Source: Dehalococcoidia bacterium (GTDB lineage Bacteria; Chloroflexota; Dehalococcoidia; Bin125). From it: a DNA stretch of 64,000 bases. Within the stretch, counting starts at the first letter, position 1, and every line of letters begins with the position of its first letter. The notes under the pieces are model-generated. The model was not told where the DNA came from. It saw only the letters and a program-made list of their open reading frames with translations, and searched no databases. Positions 31,470 through 40,938 of this stretch are shown here, in pieces. Where the stretch lies: contig CAXXNO010000012.1 of the NCBI GenBank assembly GCA_963663235.2, forward strand, positions 96,001-160,000. Reading direction: 5' to 3'. A program made the position numbers and the translations under genes.

Positions 31470-32027
31470 GTGAGGATCGCCGTGCTCGGCTGGGGCTCAC
31501 TGGTCTGGTGCCCTCGAAATCTGTGTGTTGCGAGCACTTGGTTCTCTGATGGGCCAACACTGCATCTTGAGTTTTCACGTGTGTCGGAAGACTGCCGGTT
31601 GACGCTGGTCATTGATCCGGAAAACGGCGTACCGGTATCGGCGCTCTGGGCCGAAAGCACCTGCGCGACGGTAGATGAGGCCGTGAAGAATCTAAAATCC
31701 CGCGAGCGGACGCCGGACGCAAGAAACATTGGCTTTGTGGACTGTGTCAGGGGATGTTCGCGAGCCAGACTGCGCGACGTGAAGATGACGATTGAGAGCT
31801 GGGCACGAGATCATGAGCTCGATGCAGTCATCTGGACGGACTTGGCGCCGAACTTCCCGAGCAAACCAGGGATGCCTTTCTCAGTAGAGAACGCTTTGAG
31901 GTATCTCGAATGTCTCGACAGCAGTAAACGCGAAAAGGCCTTGGAGTATTTCAGGAAGGCTCCAAGTGAAGTGGATACGCCGCTACGCAGCGCGGTTAAT
32001 AGTCGATGGCTACTGAACGACTGCTAG
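31470..32027 (+). CDS. Hypothetical protein, possibly gamma-glutamylcyclotransferase/ChaC-like fold; visibly more AT-rich than neighbours
   Basis: 185-aa ORF starting RIAVLGWGSLVW (resembles the FGYGSL motif), EFSR, RLTLVID, RE. Confidence 0.65.
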   Translation: MRIAVLGWGSLVWCPRNLCVASTWFSDGPTLHLEFSRVSEDCRLTLVIDPENGVPVSALWAESTCATVDEAVKNLKSRERTPDARNIGFVDCVRGCSRARLRDVKMTIESWARDHELDAVIWTDLAPNFPSKPGMPFSVENALRYLECLDSSKREKALEYFRKAPSEVDTPLRSAVNSRWLLNDC

Positions 32028-32114
32028 CGTCGCCGCAGCTCGAACAGAGACGGAATGACAAATACTCACGCCTTGACGTAGGCGAGTTTCTCGGCGTTGC
32101 GGAGGCGGTCGATG

Positions 32115-32357
32115 TCACGCAGGCGCGAGGGCGGAGACGGAGCGGAGGAGGGCGGCGACGCGGTCGCGCTCGGGGACGGCGTTGAGGGAGAAGCCCTGGC
32201 TGGCGAAGAGGATCTCGACGCCGACGACGGCGCCGGTGTCGTCGTAGTCGACGTGGAGATGGTCGGTGAGGGGATCCGTGCGGATCTGGCCGACGGGGTC
32301 ACGGAGGCGGACGTAAAGGGCGTCCACTTCGGCGTCGTAGGTCACGTGGCCCTTCAT
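32115..32357 (-). CDS. DUF2283-like small protein, putative antitoxin
   Basis: VTYDAEVDALYVRL...VDYD..G.VVGVEIL.AS. Confidence 0.8.
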   Translation of the reverse strand: MKGHVTYDAEVDALYVRLRDPVGQIRTDPLTDHLHVDYDDTGAVVGVEILFASQGFSLNAVPERDRVAALLRSVSALAPA

Positions 32358-32575
32358 GGCTCCCACTCCCGCAAGACCATCACGCTGATGACGATCTCGT
32401 TGCGCCGAGAGACCACCACGCGGAGTGGTCGTTCCCCAATACGTGCATCGTACCGCAATGCGCCTTCGTCCTGTGTGACGCGCTCTGGGTGCGCGACCAC
32501 GGCCTCAACGTCGGTCTCCATGAGGCGACGTACCGCCATCTTCTCCCTGGCGTGTCGACTGTAGAGGAGAGCCAC
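32354..32575 (-). CDS. DUF4258-like small protein, putative toxin
   Basis: YSRHAREKM..R...DVEAVV..P, LRVVV, IVISV; its stop overlaps the start of the DUF2283 gene (ATGA). Confidence 0.75.
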   Translation of the reverse strand: MALLYSRHAREKMAVRRLMETDVEAVVAHPERVTQDEGALRYDARIGERPLRVVVSRRNEIVISVMVLREWEP

Positions 32576-32675
32576 CGACTGCCCCTGTGTCTGGTATGAC
32601 GATCGCCACCCCTTAACGTAGGCGAGTTTTTCGGCGGTGCGGCCGTGGCGAAGGCGGAAGAGGTCGACGCGGCGA

Positions 32676-32960
32676 CCTCACCCCCGGCCCCTCTCCATCC
32701 TTCCCAGGAGGGAAGGATGGAGAGGGGAGAAAGCCGTTCGCCCTTCGACGGGGCTCCCTTCGACAGGCTCAGGGCAGGCAGGACGAACGGGGTCGGCGTC
32801 ATTCGCCCGTCGACGGGCTCTCTTCGGTTGGCTCAGGGCGGGCAGGACGAACGACCGGGTCGCTCCGTTCTCCTGCGACCCTTCGACCCTTCGACTTCGC
32901 TCAGGGCGGGCTTCGCTCCCTTCGACAGGCTCAGGGCGGGCAGGACGAACGGGGCGGGAG
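32676..32960. repeat. REP-like repeat cluster with nested modules
   Basis: CCGTTCG..CGAACGG elements interrupted by CCCTTCGACAGGCTCAGGGCAGG-type modules. Confidence 0.9.
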
Positions 32961-32994
32961 CGGCTCCAAGCGAGGACGCTGAGGGTACCGAGGG

Positions 32995-33984
32995 CTAAAC
33001 GCCGTCCGCAACGTCGAGGACGATTTTGCCGAAGTTTTTGTTGGCTTCCATGTAGCGGTGGGCGTCGGCGGCGTCGCGGAGGGGGAAGACGCGGTCGATG
33101 ACGGTGGAGATGCGGCCCTCGATCAGCAGGGGCTCGACGCCGTCGCGGTAGCGGTGTGTGATGGCGGCGCGGTTTTCGGTGGGCTGCGATCGCATGGCGG
33201 TGCCGATCACCTGGAGGCGGCGGGCCAGGATCTCGCCGAGGTTGGCATCGATCTTTGCGCCGCCCATGAGGCCGACCAGGATCAGGCGGCCGGCGGTGGC
33301 GAGGGAAGCGACGTTGCGGGGCCAGTAGGACGCGCCCAGCACGTCCAGGATCACGTGCACGCCCTCGCCGCCGGTGCGCTCCTTGACCACCGCCGCGAAG
33401 TCCTGGGTCTTGTAATTGATCGCGACGTCGGCGCCGAGGTCGCGGGCGCGGGCGCACTTTTCGTCGCTGCCGGCGGTCACGAAGACCTGGGCGTCGCGGG
33501 CCTTGCCGATCTGGATAGCGGCGATGCCCACGCCGCTGCCGCCCGCGTGGATCAGCGTGCGCTCGCCCGCGGCGAGGCGGCCCAGGGTGACCAGGGCCTC
33601 GTTGGCAGTGAAGAAGACCTCCGGGATCGACGCGGCCTGCTGGAAGGTCCAGCCGTCCGGGATGGGCATGGCGAGTGACTCGTGGATAGCGGCGAGTTGG
33701 GCGTAGCCGCCGCCGGGGCACAGGCCGTAGACGCGGTCGCCGGGCTTGAAGCGAGTGGCCGTGCGGCCGACCGCAGCGACCTCGCCGGCGAGCTCCAAGC
33801 CCATGATGGACGAAGCGCCGCGCGGGGGCGGGTAGAGGCCCTGACGCTGCAACATGTCGGCGCGGTTCAGAGCGGAGGCGTGGACGCGGACCAGGACCTC
33901 CTCGTCGGCGGGGATGGGGTCGTCGACGTCGGCGAGGCGGATGCCGTCGGGGTCGCCGGGCTTCTCGATGACGATCGCCTTCAT
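32995..33984 (-). CDS. NAD(P)H-quinone oxidoreductase (PIG3/zeta-crystallin family)
   Basis: LNRAD..QRQG.YPPP, GLE.AG, GGGYAQ, HAGGSGVG, FGKIVL; ATG at 33984. Confidence 0.92.
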   Translation of the reverse strand: MKAIVIEKPGDPDGIRLADVDDPIPADEEVLVRVHASALNRADMLQRQGLYPPPRGASSIMGLELAGEVAAVGRTATRFKPGDRVYGLCPGGGYAQLAAIHESLAMPIPDGWTFQQAASIPEVFFTANEALVTLGRLAAGERTLIHAGGSGVGIAAIQIGKARDAQVFVTAGSDEKCARARDLGADVAINYKTQDFAAVVKERTGGEGVHVILDVLGASYWPRNVASLATAGRLILVGLMGGAKIDANLGEILARRLQVIGTAMRSQPTENRAAITHRYRDGVEPLLIEGRISTVIDRVFPLRDAADAHRYMEANKNFGKIVLDVADGV

Positions 33985-33992
33985 GGTCGCTC

Positions 33993-35051
33993 CTAACCGA
34001 GCCCGTGGATCGTTCGCGCTTGGGCGACCAAGGCGTCGATGTTGGGCGCCGCGGCCGCGCGGTCCGCGGGGGCGGGGCCGACGGGGTCGGCCGATGGCGG
34101 ATCGCCCAGCAGCACCTCGACGCAGTGGCGGACGGCCCAAGCGATGGCTTCGAGGTCGTAGCCGCCCTCGAGGGCGTAGACCTGCGGCGCGCCGAGATCG
34201 CCCGCGAGCGCCGCCAGGCGCTCGGCGATGGCGCGGTAGCCGGAGCCGCTGAGGTTCTGGGCGGCGAGGGGGTCGCGCCAGTGGGCGTCGAAGCCGGCGG
34301 AGACCATTAGGAGCGAGGGCCGGAAGCGGCGCGCGACGGGCAGGATCACGTCATCGAAGCAGCGGAGGTATTCGGCGTCGCCGCAGCCGGCGGGCAGAGG
34401 GAGGTTGAGGTTCGTGCCGGCGGCGTCGCCGTCGCCGGTCTCTTCGAGCCGGCCAGTGCCCGGATAGTGGGGGGACTGGTGCAAGCTCACGTACAAGAGC
34501 CGTGGCTCCGCGTAGAAGATGTCCTGGGTCCCGTTGCCGTGGTGGACATCGAAGTCGATGACGGCGACGCGGTCGGCCAAGCCGGCCTCCAAGGCGTGCG
34601 CGGCGGCGACGGCGACGTTGTTGAAGAAGCAGAAGCCCATCGCGCGGCTCGGCGTGGCGTGGTGGCCTGGGGGTCGGGGCAGACAGAACGCGGCCTTGAG
34701 ATCGCCACGGGCGACTTGTTCGGTCGCCGCGAGCACGCCGCCCGCGGCCAAGCGAGCGGCCTTGAGCGAGCCGGGGCCGAGGGCCGTGTCCTGATCGAGG
34801 AAGACACGCCGGGACTCGGCCAGTCGTCCGGCCGCCGTCAGTTGCTCGATGAGGCCGGGCGAGTGGACGCGTCTCAGCGCCTCGTCCGAGACGGGCCGCG
34901 CCTCGACCGGAGAGAGGCGACCGGCGAGGCCGGAGTCGTCCAGCAGTTGTTCGATGGCGACCAAGCGATCGGGCCGCTCGGGGTGATTGGCCGTGGTCTC
35001 GTGCTCGCGGAAGGCGAGATCACGCAGCAGGCCAACAGGGCTGTCCGTCAT
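33993..35051 (-). CDS. Histone deacetylase family protein
   Basis: [44 protein letters not shown]; ATG at 35051. Confidence 0.93.
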   Translation of the reverse strand: MTDSPVGLLRDLAFREHETTANHPERPDRLVAIEQLLDDSGLAGRLSPVEARPVSDEALRRVHSPGLIEQLTAAGRLAESRRVFLDQDTALGPGSLKAARLAAGGVLAATEQVARGDLKAAFCLPRPPGHHATPSRAMGFCFFNNVAVAAAHALEAGLADRVAVIDFDVHHGNGTQDIFYAEPRLLYVSLHQSPHYPGTGRLEETGDGDAAGTNLNLPLPAGCGDAEYLRCFDDVILPVARRFRPSLLMVSAGFDAHWRDPLAAQNLSGSGYRAIAERLAALAGDLGAPQVYALEGGYDLEAIAWAVRHCVEVLLGDPPSADPVGPAPADRAAAAPNIDALVAQARTIHGLG

Positions 35052-35105
35052 GGCGGGGATGCTAACACGCGGACCGAGTGAAGCCGCTGATACTCTGAGC
35101 AGCGT

Positions 35106-37004
35106 ATGTACGTCATCGGCACCGCGGGGCACGTGGACCACGGCAAGAGCCGGCTGGTGCAAGCGCTGACCGGCATCGACCCGGACCGCCTGCAAGAAGA
35201 GAAGGCGCGGGGGATGACGATCGACCTGGGGTTCGCCTGGCTGACGCTGCCGAGCGGTCGCGAAGTCAGCATCGTCGATGTGCCCGGGCACGAGCGCTTT
35301 ATCAAGAACATGCTGGCGGGCGTGGGCGGGATCGATCTGGCGTTGCTCGTCGTGGCGGCGGACGAAGGGGTCATGCCGCAGACCCGCGAGCACCTGGCGA
35401 TCCTGGACCTGCTGCAAGTGCAGCACGGAGTGGTCGCCTTGGCCAAGGCGGATCTCGTGGAGAGCGACTGGCTGGATCTCGTCGAGGCGGACGTGCGGGA
35501 GACGCTCTCGTCCACCACGTTGGCGACGGCAGCGATCGTGCGCTGCTCGATCGTGAGCGGCGAGGGGCTGGAGGCGCTGCAGGCGGCGCTGGATGGTGCG
35601 CTGGACGGCATGCCGCCCAAGCGTGACCTGGGACGGCCGCGGCTGCCCATCGACCGCGTGTTCACGATCAGCGGCTTCGGCACCGTGGTCACAGGCACCC
35701 TGGTGGACGGGCCGCTGCACGTGGGGGAGCAAGTCGCGCTCGTGCCGGGCGACCACTCGGCGCGAGTGCGGGGACTGCAGACGCACAAGCGAAAGGTGGA
35801 GAGCGCGAAAGCGGGCACCCGGACTGCCGTGAACCTAGGCGGCGTCGATCCGGAGGACCTGGAGCGGGGCATGGTGCTGACGGTTCCCGGCTGGCTGCAC
35901 CCGACCACCGCCTTAGACGTGCGGCTGCGGGCGGTGGCCGGAATGCCGCGCCCGATCAAGCACAACGCCAGCGTGAGCTTTCACTGCGGCGCGGCCGAGG
36001 TGAGCGGGCGCATCCGGCTGCTGGACCAGGAGCAGTTGGAGCCGGGCCAAGAGGGCTGGGCCCAGATCCGGCTGGCCGCCCCCGTGGCGGCGGCGCGGGG
36101 CGACTACTTCGTGGTGCGGAGCAGCGAGGACACGATCGGCGGGGGGCAAGTGGTGGACACGCGGCCGCGCCGGCACCGGCGCAACCGCCCGGAGACGCTG
36201 GACGCGCTGGCGCGGCTGCTCCACGGGACTCCAGACGATACGGCGCTGGCGCACCTCCAGCGGATCGAACCGGCATCGCTGGCGGAGCTGCGCGGCCGCA
36301 GCGAGCTGGAGCCGGACGCCCTGCGGGAGGCCGTCGGGCGGCAGGTGGCGGATGAAACGATGGTGCGATTGGACGCGGCTCGGGCCGACGAGGGCGAGTT
36401 GGAGGACAGCAGTCTGCTGATGACGGCGGAGGGGTTCGCGGCGCTCGCGGGTAAGGCAGAGGCGCTCACGGAGACGTTCGTCGCGGAGCACCCTTTGCGC
36501 CCCGGGATCCCCAAAGAAGAGCTACGCAGCCGCCTGCGCCTGCCGGCGAAGACATTCGCGGCGCTGGAAGGAGCGTTGGTGCGCAGGGGCCAACTCACAG
36601 CGCGGGCGGGCGCGCTGGACCTGCCGGAGCGGCGGGCGGAGCTGAGTGGAGAGCAGCGGCTGGCGGCGGAGCGTCTGCTGGCCGACCTGCGGGCCGGAGG
36701 GTCGCAACCGCCGAGCAGTAACGAGGTGGACCCGGAACTGCTGCGCTACCTGGAGACGGAGGGCACGATTGTGCGGGTGGCGGACGGCGTGCATTTCGCG
36801 CCGGAGGTGCACGCGCAGTTGGTGGAGAAGGTCGTGGAGGCGCTGCGGTCGGAAGGGGAGATCACCTTGGCGCAGGTGCGCGACCTGCTGGGGACGAGCC
36901 GGAAGTACGCACAAGCATTCCTGGAGGACCTGGACCAGCGTCGCGTGACGCGGCGGGTGGGGGACGCACGCGTGCTGCGCCAGCAGAACCGCACCGGCGG
37001 GTGA
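35106..37004 (+). CDS. selB: Selenocysteine-specific translation elongation factor
   Basis: [37 protein letters not shown]-terminal winged helix with SRKYA. Confidence 0.96.
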   Translation: MYVIGTAGHVDHGKSRLVQALTGIDPDRLQEEKARGMTIDLGFAWLTLPSGREVSIVDVPGHERFIKNMLAGVGGIDLALLVVAADEGVMPQTREHLAILDLLQVQHGVVALAKADLVESDWLDLVEADVRETLSSTTLATAAIVRCSIVSGEGLEALQAALDGALDGMPPKRDLGRPRLPIDRVFTISGFGTVVTGTLVDGPLHVGEQVALVPGDHSARVRGLQTHKRKVESAKAGTRTAVNLGGVDPEDLERGMVLTVPGWLHPTTALDVRLRAVAGMPRPIKHNASVSFHCGAAEVSGRIRLLDQEQLEPGQEGWAQIRLAAPVAAARGDYFVVRSSEDTIGGGQVVDTRPRRHRRNRPETLDALARLLHGTPDDTALAHLQRIEPASLAELRGRSELEPDALREAVGRQVADETMVRLDAARADEGELEDSSLLMTAEGFAALAGKAEALTETFVAEHPLRPGIPKEELRSRLRLPAKTFAALEGALVRRGQLTARAGALDLPERRAELSGEQRLAAERLLADLRAGGSQPPSSNEVDPELLRYLETEGTIVRVADGVHFAPEVHAQLVEKVVEALRSEGEITLAQVRDLLGTSRKYAQAFLEDLDQRRVTRRVGDARVLRQQNRTGG

Positions 37005-37011
37005 GTCGGTT

Positions 37012-37085
37012 TTGTTGGCCGGCGCGCTTGCGCGCCGGGGGGCGGGTGGGCCCGTGTTGTTGGCCGGCGCGCAAGCGCGCCGGGG
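37012..37085. repeat. Pair of 29-bp direct repeats, each a GC hairpin
   Basis: TTGTTGGCCGGCGCGCTTGCGCGCCGGGG (37012-37040) and TTGTTGGCCGGCGCGCAAGCGCGCCGGGG (37057-37085). Confidence 0.8.
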
Positions 37086-37222
37086 ACGCGTGCTGCGAGG
37101 CGGTGGCTAGCGCGGATCGACTCGGAGGGCACGAGCCTACCGAGGCGTGGGAGCGATCGGAACGCCCTGCAAGTTGCTACCGTGTCAGTGCGGCGCGTAC
37201 GGATGTCGATGAGGGGAGACTC

Positions 37223-37894
37223 ATGGCAGACACGAAGCGCATCAAGATCCAAGCGAACGGGCCGTACCTCGTTTCCGGCGACGTGCCCCTCAGCGAGATG
37301 GCGCCGGTGCACACGTACAACGGAGAGCCAATCGACTGGCACCGCCTGCGCGACTTCGATCCACAAGGCAAGGTGTACGCGCTGTGCCGATGTGGCGAAT
37401 CAAGCAACAAGCCGTTCTGCGACGGAACGCACGCGCAGCGCGGCTTCGACGGCACAGAGACAGCCGACCGGTCACCCGGAGCGTCGCGACAGGAACGGCT
37501 CGAGGGACCGGGCATCACCGTCACCGACGACAAGTCACTGTGCCACAGCGCCGGATTCTGCGGAACGCGAACGACCAACGTGTGGAAGATGCTGGAGCAG
37601 AGCGACGACCCGGCGGCGCGGGCGAAGATGATCGAGATGATCCGGCTCTGTCCCTCCGGGCGGCTGGCGTATTCGATTCCTCCGAGCGGCGCGCCGGAGG
37701 AAGAGGACCTGCCGCAGGAAGTGGCCGTGGTCCCCGGCGGCCCGCTGTGGGTGCGGGGCGGCATCACGGTTGAGTCCACCGATGGGCGCGAGTGGGAAGC
37801 TCTGAATCGCCGCACGCTTTGCCGTTGCGGCGCGTCGAAGAACAAGCCGTTCTGCGACGGAGCGCACAGCGAAGCCAGCTTCGACGAGCGGTGA
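37223..37894 (+). CDS. Iron-sulfur protein with two CDGSH domains and a central divergent ferredoxin-like domain
   Basis: CRCGESSNKPFCDGTH, CHSAGFC...CPSGRL, CRCGASKNKPFCDGAH; ATG at 37223 after GAGGGGAG. Confidence 0.9.
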   Translation: MADTKRIKIQANGPYLVSGDVPLSEMAPVHTYNGEPIDWHRLRDFDPQGKVYALCRCGESSNKPFCDGTHAQRGFDGTETADRSPGASRQERLEGPGITVTDDKSLCHSAGFCGTRTTNVWKMLEQSDDPAARAKMIEMIRLCPSGRLAYSIPPSGAPEEEDLPQEVAVVPGGPLWVRGGITVESTDGREWEALNRRTLCRCGASKNKPFCDGAHSEASFDER

Positions 37895-37958
37895 GGCCGA
37901 AGCCTTCAGCCGCGCGACAGAGGACCGGACGGGCGCTGCGGGAGACCGGCCCCGTGCG

Positions 37959-39117
37959 CTAGGTCGTCGCTTTCACCCGGCGGCGGAAGAGCAGCCGGCG
38001 CTGGATGGAGCCCTCTTCCCAGAGCACGACTACCTGACTAGCGACCCCGATGGACGAGTAGGTCCCTACGACGGCACCGATCAGTAGGACCACCGCGAAC
38101 GGGCGGATCGTCGCGCCGCCCATGAGCACCAAGGCGAGCAGGGCCACGATCAGCGTGATGGACGTATTCAGTGAGCGGCCCAGCGACTGGGTGATGGCGG
38201 CGTTGACGCTCTCGCGGAAGCCGCCGCGCATCACCCAGCAGGTTCTCGCGGATGCGGTCGAAGACGACGATGGTGTCGTTGACGCTGTAGCCGATCACCG
38301 CCAGCACAGCGGTGACGAACATCGCGTTGACCTCGAACTCGATGGTACGCCCGAGGATGGCGAACACGCCGACGATGATGGTGATGTCGTGCAGGAGGGC
38401 GACCACCGCCGCGGCGCCGTAGAGGAGCGGCTTGGGCAGGCGGCGGAACACCATGGTGATGTAGATGAGGATGGCGATCGCCGCCACGGAAACAGCGATG
38501 GCGGCGTCGCGGGCGATCTCGGTGCTGAGCACGCCAGAGACCGAAGCGGACTGCCGCACCCCCAAGGGCCCGACGTCCTCGCGGAGAGCCGTCACCACGT
38601 CATCGCGGAGCGTCTGGATGTCGCGGTCGTCGGGCTCCTGGACGCGCACCTTGAAGGCCGACTCGCCGGTGCCCTGGATCCGCGCGTCGCCCAAGCCGAT
38701 CGTTTCCAGGGCGTCGCGGACATCATCTTGTGTGGCGTCGGCGGCGAACCAGATCTCGAACTCCACTAAACCGGGAGCGGTGAAGGAGTCCTCGACCTCG
38801 AACGTGCCCAGGGCGTCGTCGATTGCGACGCCGACGTCGCCGGCGACCGTCACGGGATCCTCGTCCTCCGTCACCGGAGTGGTGATCAGGAACGTGCCGG
38901 CGGGCGTCGACTGCACATCGGCGCCAGGAATGTCCGTGATCGCCTCCTGGACCTGTTCCGTGGAAATATCCTGAACAAAGCGGACCTCGATCTCGAGGCC
39001 ACCCACGAAGTCGATGCCGGGAGTCAATTGCCAGATCGCCAGCGCCACCCCGCACGGAATCAGGACCGCCAAGGAGAGCACCATGAACAAGGGGCGCAGG
39101 CGGATGAAGTCGATCAA
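37959..39117 (-). pseudogene. secF: Protein translocase subunit SecF, frameshifted near 38235 (mutation or sequencing error)
   Basis: GIDFVGG, LLHD, GYSVNDTIVVFDRIRENL in one frame; continuation SLGRSLNTSIT...GTYSSI in another frame (37959-38234). Confidence 0.8.
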
Positions 39118-39141
39118 CGCGCGTCTCCGAGCCCGGTCATG

Positions 39142-40872
39142 TCAGTCCCCACCTCCGCGCCCGGGAGCGGTCTGGGCCCCCAGATCGGCCGCGGCCTCCT
39201 CCTCTTCCGTCAGACGCACGCCGAAGAGCCGCAAGTCGCGGGTCGGCACCAGGCCCACGGTGAGGTTGAGGAAGGTGCGGGTGACGAAGATTGACGTGAC
39301 CACGCTGAAGAGCGTGCCCACGAAGAGAGTGATGGCGAACGACTTGATCAGGTTGGCGTTGAACTGGTCGCCGAAGACGTACAGGATGGCGACCGTGATC
39401 AGCGTGGAGACGTTGGAATCGCGGATGGCGGGCCAGGCGCGCCGGAAGCCGACATCGATGGCGCCCTGCAGGTTGCGCCGCAGGCGCAACTCTTCGCGCA
39501 TGCGCTCAAAGATCAAGACATTGCCGTCCACGGCCAAGCCCAGGGAGAGCACGAAGCCAGCGATTCCGGCGAGCGTGAGCGTGACCGGCACCAGCTTGAA
39601 GGTCGCCATGACCGCGGCGGCGTAGACGCACAGCGCCAGCGCCCCCAGCACGCCCGGCAAGCGGTAATAGACGATCATGAAAAGGATGATGGCGAGGAAC
39701 GCGATCAGCCCGGCCTGGACGGTGTCGATCACGAAATCCTCGCCCAAGGAAGCGGCCACCTCGGTCTGCTGGATGACAGTAAGGTTGAGCGGCAGCGAGC
39801 CGGCGCGGAGTTGGCGGCGCAGCACTCGCGCCTCGTCGTTCGTGAGGCCGGTGATGATGCCACTTTCCTGGATGACCGCGTTCACGATCGGTGCGCTGAC
39901 CAGTTCGCGATCGAGGAAGATGCCGAGCGGCTCCTGCCTGGGCACCAGGCGGCGTGTGATCTGCTCGAAAAGGCGCGCCCCTTCGGAATTGAAGCGGAAG
40001 GCCAAGGCCGGCTGCCCGCCGGCGTCCAGGTCGCGCCGGACGGAATCGGCGATGAGGAACTCGCCGGTGAGCGCTCGCTCCTGGCCGTCGTTATCGCGGC
40101 CGCGGGCGGGGATCCAGCGTCTCCCCTGCGCCACGATGACGTCCTCCTCGGGGTCACCGAGAGGGAACTCGAACAGACGGAGGTCCTCTGGCGGCAGTTC
40201 CTGCAGGTCGCGAATGAAGGCATCCTCCAGCGCGTTGCGCACGGTGAGGGAGTTGGGGGGAGCGAAAGCGACGGAGACCGTGGGGTCGAGCTGGCGAAAC
40301 TCGAGGAGCGCGACGGATCCCACGAGGTCGGCCGCTTCCTCGGACGTGACGCCGGGGATCTGCACGTTGATGCGATTGTCCCCGAACTGCGTGACCTCCG
40401 CCTCCGACACGCCGAAGCCGCTGACCCGCAGCTCGATGATCTCGCGGGCCTGCTGCATGGCCGAGGCGAGATCTTCTCCTTCCAGGTCCAGCGGCAGGAT
40501 CAACGCGGTGACCGAATCGGGGAGCGGGCGGTCGTAATCGTCGGGATCGATCGTGCGCAGGGAGTCATTGAGATCGAGGAGGTTATCGAGGTCGGCGCCG
40601 GTGCGGCGGAGGAAACTGTTCACGGACTCGTTGAGGCGGACGCTGGCGGCGGTACCCGTCGCCTCCAAGGTCACGGAAACGCCGCCGGCGAGATCAAGGC
40701 CGAGGCGGAACTCGTCGCGGTCGAAGCCAGCGACGTTGATCCCATGCCCGCGAGGCCAGGGAATGAAGTCCGGTAGGTACTTGTCGGGGTTGCCGGGCCA
40801 GGTGACCACGAGGCTGAAGGCGGTGACTGCCAGGATCACCAGCAGCGCGAGCTGATTTTGTCGCTTACGCAC
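39142..40872 (-). CDS. secD: Protein translocase subunit SecD
   Basis: LGLDLAGG, RV..FGVSE, SAP, AGSLP, AVDGNVLIFER.REE, AIRDSN. Confidence 0.95.
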   Translation of the reverse strand: MRKRQNQLALLVILAVTAFSLVVTWPGNPDKYLPDFIPWPRGHGINVAGFDRDEFRLGLDLAGGVSVTLEATGTAASVRLNESVNSFLRRTGADLDNLLDLNDSLRTIDPDDYDRPLPDSVTALILPLDLEGEDLASAMQQAREIIELRVSGFGVSEAEVTQFGDNRINVQIPGVTSEEAADLVGSVALLEFRQLDPTVSVAFAPPNSLTVRNALEDAFIRDLQELPPEDLRLFEFPLGDPEEDVIVAQGRRWIPARGRDNDGQERALTGEFLIADSVRRDLDAGGQPALAFRFNSEGARLFEQITRRLVPRQEPLGIFLDRELVSAPIVNAVIQESGIITGLTNDEARVLRRQLRAGSLPLNLTVIQQTEVAASLGEDFVIDTVQAGLIAFLAIILFMIVYYRLPGVLGALALCVYAAAVMATFKLVPVTLTLAGIAGFVLSLGLAVDGNVLIFERMREELRLRRNLQGAIDVGFRRAWPAIRDSNVSTLITVAILYVFGDQFNANLIKSFAITLFVGTLFSVVTSIFVTRTFLNLTVGLVPTRDLRLFGVRLTEEEEAAADLGAQTAPGRGGGD

Positions 40873-40938
40873 TACGTTCCGTCGCCACCTCGCCCGGTGC
40901 TTCTCTCGACGGCATCATACGTGGCAGCCGCCTTGCGA

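Noticed and set aside
35106-37894. selC tRNA, SECIS element or UGA-recoded selenoprotein near selB
   Set aside because: No tRNA-Sec cloverleaf recognised and neighbouring ORFs look complete without UGA readthrough.
38215-38250. Programmed ribosomal frameshift in secF
   Set aside because: No slippery sequence and no precedent known to me; a simple indel is more parsimonious.
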